DNA of 32,000 nucleotides from Candidatus Saccharimonadota bacterium (GTDB lineage: Bacteria > Patescibacteriota > Saccharimonadia > Saccharimonadales > Saccharimonadaceae). A program made the translations under genes and the position numbers. Position 1 is the stretch's first letter, and each line of letters opens with the position of its first letter. The notes below the pieces were generated by a model. The model did no database searches and had not been told where the DNA came from. It worked only from the letters and a program-made list of their open reading frames with translations. Of this stretch, positions 26,192-32,000 are shown piece by piece. The stretch spans positions 930,001 through 962,000 of the forward strand of contig CP011211.1 in NCBI GenBank assembly GCA_001029695.1. Direction: 5' to 3'.

Positions 26192-27263
26192 TGTCAGCGA
26201 CTTTATCGCTGTTACAAATCAAACACTCGAATATGCATATCCGAGTGTTGTCATCGAGGGTGAAGTATCTGGGTTTAAGGTTAATCAGGGTAAGTTTGTC
26301 TTTTTTGATTTGAAGGATGTACAGGCGAGTGTCGGTTGCTTTATGATGGCTTTTCAATTGCGTATGCCTATTGAGGACGGAATGAAGGTCGTTGTTGTTG
26401 CACAACCTAAGTTAACAAACTGGGGTAAGTTTAGTCTCACTGTGAAGTCGATTCGACCAAGTGGCGAGGGTAGTTTAAAGAAAAGTTTTGAGATTTTAAG
26501 AGCAAAACTTGAAAACGAAGGTTTATTTAATGATGAGCGCAAGCGAACACTACCAAGAGTGCCTACTCATGTCGGTGTTATTAGCAGTACCCAGGCTGCT
26601 GGATATGCGGATTTTGTTAAGATTTTAGACGATCGATGGGGTGGTCTTGAGCTGCAGGTTGCACAAGTACAGGTACAGGGTGAGGCTGCGCCAGATCAAA
26701 TAATACGCGCTATTGAGTATTTCAACAGCCTAGAGCGGCCACCAGAAGTACTCGCACTTATCCGTGGCGGTGGTAGCGCGGACGACTTAAGCGCGTTTAA
26801 CGACGAGCGACTTGTGAGGGCGATCGCAGCAAGTCGAGTCCCGACACTCGTAGGGGTGGGGCATGAAACCGATGAGAGCCTTGCGGATATGGTGGCGGAT
26901 AGGCGAGCTTCAACGCCAAGTAACGCTGCACAAATACTCGTTCCTGATAAAGCAGAGGTTCAGCGGAGTGTTCGGTATCAGATGCGATCGCTTATTCCTA
27001 AAATTCAATCGGTCGTCGAGAAGCAGGTACTCGGTGTTCGCGAGCTCGTTTTTTATGCATTGACGCGTATAGAAGATAAAGTAAAAATGCATGAGGATCA
27101 AATTGGTCAATCAAAAAAAGTGCTCGCGCAACTCAATCCAGAAGTGGTATTGCGGCGAGGCTATGCGCTTTTGAGGGGTGAGGCGAAAGTTGGCAGCACT
27201 ATCGAAATAGAGACGATACGCGCTATAATTAAGGCAGAGGTAAAAGATGTCAGAAGCAAGTAA
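26169..27263 (+). CDS. xseA: exodeoxyribonuclease VII large subunit
   Basis: N-terminal OB fold (VVIEGEVSGFKVNQGKFVFFDLKD), then a catalytic region (VGVISSTQAAGYADF, IRGGGSADDLSAFNDE, VGHETDESLADMVADRRASTPSNAA). Confidence 0.92.
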   Translation: MEKTPTFSVSDFIAVTNQTLEYAYPSVVIEGEVSGFKVNQGKFVFFDLKDVQASVGCFMMAFQLRMPIEDGMKVVVVAQPKLTNWGKFSLTVKSIRPSGEGSLKKSFEILRAKLENEGLFNDERKRTLPRVPTHVGVISSTQAAGYADFVKILDDRWGGLELQVAQVQVQGEAAPDQIIRAIEYFNSLERPPEVLALIRGGGSADDLSAFNDERLVRAIAASRVPTLVGVGHETDESLADMVADRRASTPSNAAQILVPDKAEVQRSVRYQMRSLIPKIQSVVEKQVLGVRELVFYALTRIEDKVKMHEDQIGQSKKVLAQLNPEVVLRRGYALLRGEAKVGSTIEIETIRAIIKAEVKDVRSK

Positions 27264-27456
27264 AACAATCCAAGAGAAAACCGATGACCTCAACCAGCTT
27301 GTGGCTTGGTTCGATAGTGAAGATTTTATTTTAGAACAGGCAGTCGAGAGATTCCAGCAGGCTGAGATGCTCGCGAGCGAGATTGAGAACGATTTGGCTG
27401 AAATGAAAAACACTATTACAGTGATCAAGCAGAAGTTTGATCAAGATAGTGTGTGA
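27247..27456 (+). CDS. xseB: exodeoxyribonuclease VII small subunit
   Basis: A 69-aa helical protein immediately after xseA and overlapping it by 17 nt. The pattern (L..LV..F.S.....LE.AVERFQ.A..L...) fits XseB. Confidence 0.8.
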   Translation: MSEASKTIQEKTDDLNQLVAWFDSEDFILEQAVERFQQAEMLASEIENDLAEMKNTITVIKQKFDQDSV

Positions 27457-27968
27457 TGTTTGTCGCTATCGTTATAGTGGTAGCAACGATACTTCTGGTT
27501 TTTGGGCTCGTGGTGTTCCGCGGTGCGCCGTATGTGCCAACATTGCGTAAAAATCTCGAGCAGGGGTTTCGCGATGTTTATCCTCTTAGTGAACGCGATC
27601 TACTTGTCGATATCGGCTCAGGCGATGGGGTTGTCCTTCGCCAGGCCGCCAAATGTGGGGCGCGAGCTATCGGCTACGAGCTGAATCCTTTTTTGGTGGT
27701 GATCTCTAAGTTATTGTCACGGAATAATCCGCTTGTAAAAATTTATTTGGCGGATTTTTGGCGAGTGTCTTTGCCTGATGAAACAACGATTGTTTATACA
27801 TTTGGCGAGTCGCGGGATATAGAAAAAATGTATCAAAAAGTACAAGAAGAGGTAAACCGTTTGGCGAAGCCAATATATTTTATGAGCTTTGGTTTTCCGG
27901 TGAAGGACAAAGAGGCTCTTAAGACTGAGGCGGGGTTTTGTCTCTATCAGGTGAGCCCTTTACAGTAG
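27456..27968 (+). CDS. N-terminally membrane-anchored class I SAM-dependent methyltransferase (FAM173/ATPSc-KMT-like)
   Basis: One TM helix (FVAIVIVVATILLVFGLVVF), then GAPYVPT, motif I LVDIGSGDGVV, AAKCGARAIGYELNP, and DFWRVSL. The start ATG overlaps the xseB stop (TGATG). The ORF track begins at GTG 27453. Confidence 0.75.
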   Translation: MFVAIVIVVATILLVFGLVVFRGAPYVPTLRKNLEQGFRDVYPLSERDLLVDIGSGDGVVLRQAAKCGARAIGYELNPFLVVISKLLSRNNPLVKIYLADFWRVSLPDETTIVYTFGESRDIEKMYQKVQEEVNRLAKPIYFMSFGFPVKDKEALKTEAGFCLYQVSPLQ

Positions 27969-27987
27969 AGTAAAGCACAAGTATAAT
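27959..27987 (+). promoter_or_regulatory. sigma-70-type promoter TTTACA-N17-TATAAT ending 6 nt before ATG 27994 (leaderless)
   Basis: The -35 TTTACA (27959-27964), a 17-nt spacer, and the -10 TATAAT (27982-27987). Only GGCTTC separates the -10 from the ATG. Confidence 0.5.
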
Positions 27988-27993
27988 GGCTTC

Positions 27994-28656
27994 ATGAAAC
28001 TTTATAAAACACACAGCAATGAGCGAGGCTCTATCTCCGGCGCTCAGGTTACAATTATTGGACTCGCGGTGCTCGTACTTGGACTCGGTTCGTTTGGTAT
28101 TTGGGCATTTGTAAGCTACAGCGACGCAAAGGATAATGTCGACACTCGTGTCGCAACGGCGCGAACTGAAGAGCGACAAGCGACGCAAGAAGAAGATGAA
28201 AAGAAATTTGCCGAGCGAGAGAAAGCCCCCTATAAACAATTTGTTGGCCCAGTAGACTACTGCCGTGTCACGTTTGACTATCCAAAGACATGGAGCTCAT
28301 ATGTAAACAAAGATGTTGCAAACGGTGGTGATTATGAAGCATACTTCCATCGAGATGTTGTACCTCCGGTGTCTTCGGATCAGCAATTTGCACTTCGATT
28401 TACTATTGAGCAGAAACAGCTCGATAAGGTGCTTGATTCTTATCAGGGCCTTGTCACTAAGGGTGATTTAAGGTCAAGTACTTCTAGTTCAGATGGTAAC
28501 GATTTTACGCGTCTGACTGGAAACTTCTCAAAGAAAATTCGTGGAGACGCAGTACTGTTTAAGTGTAACGATAAGACAGTTACTATTCGTACCGATGCGG
28601 ATGTATTTAAGCCAGAATTTGAAGATCTTATCAAGACTATTCGCCAGAAGAACTAG
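27994..28656 (+). CDS. hypothetical membrane-anchored extracytoplasmic protein
   Basis: 220 aa. It has a short basic N-terminus, one TM helix (VTIIGLAVLVLGLGSFGIWAFV), a charged helical stretch (EERQATQEEDEKKFAEREK), and a ~150-aa globular region. I recognise no family. Confidence 0.55.
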   Translation: MKLYKTHSNERGSISGAQVTIIGLAVLVLGLGSFGIWAFVSYSDAKDNVDTRVATARTEERQATQEEDEKKFAEREKAPYKQFVGPVDYCRVTFDYPKTWSSYVNKDVANGGDYEAYFHRDVVPPVSSDQQFALRFTIEQKQLDKVLDSYQGLVTKGDLRSSTSSSDGNDFTRLTGNFSKKIRGDAVLFKCNDKTVTIRTDADVFKPEFEDLIKTIRQKN

Positions 28657-28695
28657 TGCGTAGCGTTACATCCCCATGCTACACTAGGAGTAGCT

Positions 28696-29433
28696 ATGAG
28701 TGAGGGGACTAGTAAAAAAACAATAACCATAGCCGGACTGTCACTTGATAGTCCGGCTATGGTTATGGTTGCGGCACATGAACTAAAGGCGCCTCTTGCA
28801 CTTTTACGGCAGCTTTCGCTTTCTATAGAGGCGGGCGGCTTATCGGCAAGTGATGTAGAGCGAGTGGCGCGTCAAATGACGCTCACGAGTGAACGTGCGC
28901 TACGCCTAACAGGAGACATGACTCGCACTGCTCAGCGCGATTCCGCACTATTTAAACTTGAGCCAGTAAACCCCGTTTCTCTTTGTGAAGAAGTTGCAAA
29001 AGAGCTTATGCCTTTATTTGCTGCGCACAATAAATCTATTAGGGTGCGCTACCGTCGCTCATCACCACTTGCAGTTGCTCACCGAGAGCTGCTACGGCGG
29101 GTGCTTATTAATTTTAGCGATAATGCACTGCATTATTCGGCTGATATGAAGCCTGTTGAGCTAAGTGTGCAGGTAACTGGCTCAACAGTGCGTATCGGCG
29201 TAAGGGACTATGGCCCAGCAATCGCGGCAGATGTTTGGCGGACGCTCTCGTCTCGATTAAAGCAAGGAGCTATGCAGCCACTTGCTGCTCGTCCACAGAG
29301 TAGTGGGCTTGGGCTCTCCATTGCATCTCAGTTTGCTGAGATGATGCAGGGTACTATAGGGGTTACTCGTCATCGTGATGGAGCGACCTTTTATGTCGAG
29401 ATTCAGCAGTCGAGGCAAATGAGTTTACTATGA
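28696..29433 (+). CDS. sensor-less cytoplasmic histidine kinase (DHp + CA domains only)
   Basis: The H-box AAHELKAPL sits at residue ~28. Also present: N-box INFSDNALHYS, a G1-like VRDYGPAI, and G2 SSGLGLSIA. There is no TM helix and no PAS/GAF/HAMP domain. AGGAG lies 5 nt upstream. An in-frame stop at 28654-28656 and the absence of alternative starts rule out a longer N-terminus. Confidence 0.85.
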   Translation: MSEGTSKKTITIAGLSLDSPAMVMVAAHELKAPLALLRQLSLSIEAGGLSASDVERVARQMTLTSERALRLTGDMTRTAQRDSALFKLEPVNPVSLCEEVAKELMPLFAAHNKSIRVRYRRSSPLAVAHRELLRRVLINFSDNALHYSADMKPVELSVQVTGSTVRIGVRDYGPAIAADVWRTLSSRLKQGAMQPLAARPQSSGLGLSIASQFAEMMQGTIGVTRHRDGATFYVEIQQSRQMSLL

Positions 29434-29807
29434 GCAATCTGTCCGCAGATGTACTAATTATTGAGGATGATATTTGGCTCAGCGAACAATTTGAACGTAC
29501 ATTACAACGCGCTGGCTGCCAGACCGTCAGTACCTCAAATGCACTTCGAGCTATGGAGTTGATTGATCAGTCTCCGCCGCAAGTCATAATACTCGATATG
29601 CTTCTAGGCGGTGCTTCTGGGCTCACGCTTCTTCATGAACTTCAGAGCTACACGGATACTGCAAAAATTCCTGTAATACTCTGTACAAACATGGCCTCTT
29701 CGATCGATAAAAAGGATGTTGAGCCTTATGGAATACGACGGATTCTAGATAAAACAACGATGCACCCTGATGATATTGTTGTTGCTGTGCGTGGAGCACT
29801 TTTGTGA
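29430..29807 (+). CDS. single-domain response regulator (receiver only)
   Basis: 125 aa with IEDD, the phospho-acceptor ILDMLL, LCTNM, and the Lys in LDKT. ATGA overlaps the kinase stop. Its own stop overlaps the recO GTG start (GTGA). Confidence 0.85.
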   Translation: MSNLSADVLIIEDDIWLSEQFERTLQRAGCQTVSTSNALRAMELIDQSPPQVIILDMLLGGASGLTLLHELQSYTDTAKIPVILCTNMASSIDKKDVEPYGIRRILDKTTMHPDDIVVAVRGALL

Positions 29808-30481
29808 GAAGCGAACGGACGCGGGCGGTTGTATTGAGGCGAACAAATTATGGTGAGGCGGACCGTATTCTTCAGCTGATAACCCCTCTTGGAAGAAAAA
29901 GTGTCATGGCTCGTAGTGTTCGAAAAGAGAAGTCGCGGTTAGCCGGCGGAATCGAATTATTTGCGATTAGCGATGTTGTGATTGGACAGGGCAAGGGTGA
30001 TTTAGGTATTTTGACCTCCGCACGACTTGTTTATTTTTATCGACATATTATGGAAGATTATGATCGAATGCAGTTTGCTTACGAAGCATTACGGCAAGTA
30101 GGTAAAGCTAGTGAAACACTTGATGAGCCTGAGTGGTATGACATTATAACTGAAGTATTGATGGGGCTTGATGCGTCTTCAGTGGTTCTTCCGCTGACGC
30201 AGGCATGGTTCTATCTTCATGTTAGTGCCATGCTTGGCTATGAACTTAATGCGCAACGTGATATTAATGACCAGAAACTGCAAGAGGGTGTGTCCTATCG
30301 CTACGATAGCAATGAGCGTGGGTTTGTAGAGGCGAAAAATGGAACGATAACTACTGAACATATAAAGGTTCTTCGTCTCATAAAAGAACGACCATTGCAG
30401 GTTATCGTGCAGGTTGGGGGGATTGAACAGTTGCTCGCTGAGTGTCTGTATGTGGCGCGAGAACATGCAGCCTTGTCATAA
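29804..30481 (+). CDS. recO: DNA repair protein RecO
   Basis: The N-terminal OB fold pattern AVVLRRTNYGEADRILQLITPLGRKSVMARSVRK...LAGGIELF is typical of RecO. GTG start. Length 225 aa. Confidence 0.88.
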   Translation: MRSERTRAVVLRRTNYGEADRILQLITPLGRKSVMARSVRKEKSRLAGGIELFAISDVVIGQGKGDLGILTSARLVYFYRHIMEDYDRMQFAYEALRQVGKASETLDEPEWYDIITEVLMGLDASSVVLPLTQAWFYLHVSAMLGYELNAQRDINDQKLQEGVSYRYDSNERGFVEAKNGTITTEHIKVLRLIKERPLQVIVQVGGIEQLLAECLYVAREHAALS

Positions 30482-30502
30482 GGTTGCTTAAAAAAGTAAA
30501 AA

Positions 30503-30544
30503 CCTCCGCTTACATAACTTATTTTGAAATTATGTAAGCGGAGG
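30503..30544. terminator. bidirectional stem-loop terminator (15-bp perfect stem)
   Basis: Stem CCTCCGCTTACATAA / TTATGTAAGCGGAGG with a 12-nt loop. An A-run lies upstream (giving a T-run on the minus strand) and a T-rich tract downstream. It lies between the recO stop (30481) and the minus-strand ORF stop (30561). Confidence 0.75.
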
Positions 30545-30560
30545 AGTACCTCCATTTCTT

Positions 30561-30863
30561 TTAACGAGAGGGGTGACAGAGGCGGAGTAGGTCGCGAAAG
30601 CATTCGCCGACGAGTCGGGGCTTCTTGCCGCAAGCTTGCCTCATCAAATTCTCGTACTGGTGTTGCCGAATACTGTCGCCACTATGGTAGGCCGCTGCCG
30701 CTGCATTGACGTAGAATGATCGCCTTTGCAGGTTTGACGGTCTGAGGCGGTGGATTATGATAGCGCGGTGGTGCTGACTGGCAAATTCCAGCCGTTCAGC
30801 TGGGTCTGATACGAAATCAAAACCAGCGAGTACCGGTTCGAACAAAGGATCATCCTTAATCAT
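30561..30863 (-). CDS. hypothetical protein (orphan, opposite strand)
   Basis: This is the only open frame in the region. GAGAGG lies ~8 nt upstream of the ATG, and the ORF ends 17 nt before the strong hairpin. I recognise no family. By hand count it is ~53% GC, against mid/upper 40s in sampled lines elsewhere. Confidence 0.45.
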   Translation of the reverse strand: MIKDDPLFEPVLAGFDFVSDPAERLEFASQHHRAIIIHRLRPSNLQRRSFYVNAAAAAYHSGDSIRQHQYENLMRQACGKKPRLVGECFRDLLRLCHPSR

Positions 30864-30972
30864 GATGCTACCTCTCTAAAATCTGGAAATGTACTACTAT
30901 ATTTATAGCATAATTATGCTATTAATACAAATAGTTCAAGAAGGGTTAGCGATCATGAAAAGTGCCGTCATC

Positions 30973-30981
30973 TGTTATAAT
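30973..30981 (+). promoter_or_regulatory. extended -10 promoter TGTTATAAT 9 nt upstream of the glyQS ATG
   Basis: A perfect TGnTATAAT. The ATG is at 30991. Confidence 0.45.
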
Positions 30982-30990
30982 AGGGTAATT

Positions 30991-32000
30991 ATGAGTAGTC
31001 CCACCGAAAAAAACCAAGAGATGGAAAATATTGTTAGTTTAGCGAAGCGTCGCGGATTTATCTATCCAGGGTCGGATGTCTACGGTGGCCTTTCAGGGAC
31101 ATGGGATTATGGCCCTCTTGGCGTCGCGCTCAAGCGTAATATTATGCAACTATGGTGGAAAATGTTTGTTGATGATCGTGATGATATGTATGGCGTGGAT
31201 GCAGCAATCTTGATGAATCAAAATGTCTGGAAGGCGAGTGGGCATGTCGATACATTTACCGACCCACTTGTTGAGGATCTAGAAACAAAGCAACGATTCC
31301 GTGCTGATCATCTTGTAAAAGATGCTGGCTTTGCTGTCGATGGACTGTCAAATGGCGAGCTCAATGAGCTGATTATTGAAAAGCAGATCAAAAGCCCAAA
31401 TGGCAACGATCTTTCAGAAGTACGGACGTTTAATATGATGTTCCAGACGACTGTCGGGCCAGTTGCTGATGAAAAGTCGATTAGTTACTTGCGACCCGAA
31501 ACTGCACAGGGTATCTTCACTAATTACAAAAATGTTGTCGACAATTTTTATCCAGATTTGCCATTTGGCCTCGCACAGCAGGGTAAGGCATTTCGCAATG
31601 AAATCAGTCCACGTGACTTTATCTTTCGCTCACGTGAATTTGAGCAGATGGAAATCGAATATTTTGTCAATCCAGAGAACTGGGAGGAGTCATTTGAAGC
31701 GCTTCTCAAAGATATTCATAGCTACCTAGCGGCGCTAGGGCTTCCTGCTGAAAAGATCCACGAGCTCGAGGTGGACGAGAATGACCGTGCTCACTACAGT
31801 AAGCGTACAGTTGATATAGAGTTTGATTTTCCTATTGGGCGTGAAGAATTGCTTGGCCTTGCGTATCGTACTGATTTTGACCTTGGCAACATCCAGCGCG
31901 TGGCTGGAAAGAGCATGGAGTACACGATCAAGGGCACGAATACAAAATTTGTTCCTCATGTTATCGAACCATCGTTTGGTGTTGAGCGCGCACTCATGGC
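30991..32000 (+). CDS. glyQS: glycine--tRNA ligase (class II, single-chain GlyQS type), 3'-truncated by the window end
   Basis: My own translation is open from ATG 30991 to the window end: MSSPTEKNQEMENIVSLAKRRGFIYPGSDVYGGLSGTWDYGPLGVALKRNI...SYLRPETAQGIFTNYKNV...GKAFRNEISPRDFIFRSREFEQMEIEYFV...VPHVIEPSFGVERALM. It is absent from the ORF track because no stop is reached. Confidence 0.95.
   Translation, partial: MSSPTEKNQEMENIVSLAKRRGFIYPGSDVYGGLSGTWDYGPLGVALKRNIMQLWWKMFVDDRDDMYGVDAAILMNQNVWKASGHVDTFTDPLVEDLETKQRFRADHLVKDAGFAVDGLSNGELNELIIEKQIKSPNGNDLSEVRTFNMMFQTTVGPVADEKSISYLRPETAQGIFTNYKNVVDNFYPDLPFGLAQQGKAFRNEISPRDFIFRSREFEQMEIEYFVNPENWEESFEALLKDIHSYLAALGLPAEKIHELEVDENDRAHYSKRTVDIEFDFPIGREELLGLAYRTDFDLGNIQRVAGKSMEYTIKGTNTKFVPHVIEPSFGVERALM

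Noticed and set aside
30524-30709. A 61-aa Arg-rich plus-strand ORF.
   Set aside because: It starts inside the right arm of the 15-bp terminator hairpin, has an Arg/Ser/Gly-biased shadow-frame composition, and lies antisense to the better-supported 30561-30863 ORF.
1-32000. A scan for CRISPR arrays, tRNA/rRNA genes, transposases, integrases, phage genes, toxin-antitoxin pairs and known defence-system genes.
   Set aside because: I saw no spaced direct repeats, no tRNA-like cloverleaf candidates in the short intergenic spacers, and no ORF with recombinase, nuclease or defence signatures. The region reads as core genome with a few accessory modules.

Overview
This window is a gene-dense, roughly 90% coding region, mostly on the plus strand, from a small-genome bacterium that uses the standard genetic code. 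RF2 is present, and TGA, TAA and TAG are all used as stops. I count 33 supportable CDSs.

Housekeeping genes: serS, hpf, secA, murD, prfB, ftsE, ftsX, rpmA, xseA, xseB, recO and a 3'-truncated glyQS. The glyQS ORF is missing from the ORF track because it runs off the window end.

Accessory-looking modules sit between them:
- (i) PadR regulator, a PspC-domain membrane sensor, and a permease-ATPase-permease MacB/FtsX-type ABC transporter (1036-6326).
- (ii) ftsEX followed by two tandem paralogous coiled-coil+CHAP hydrolases and an S41 protease (17420-22915).
- (iii) A sensor-less histidine kinase and a receiver-only response regulator, translationally coupled to recO (28696-30481), plus a second orphan receiver (22964-23356).
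- (iv) A TM-anchored methyltransferase resembling eukaryotic FAM173-type lysine methyltransferases, coupled to xseAB.

I found no rRNA, tRNA, CRISPR array, transposase or integrase.

One regulatory pattern recurs. Strong -10 or extended -10 boxes (TGnTATAAT) lie only 6-11 nt upstream of the start codons of operon-leading genes, which suggests frequent leaderless mRNAs. Internal genes carry Shine-Dalgarno sites or overlapping stop/start codons.

The gene order is Firmicutes-like (hpf-secA...prfB...ftsEX-hydrolase-ctp; recO-glyQS). Combined with the compact architecture, this suggests a CPR/Patescibacteria lineage such as Saccharibacteria. That is only an inference.

Nothing here is an obvious defence island. 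The most unusual items are modules i-iv and the leaderless promoter pattern.
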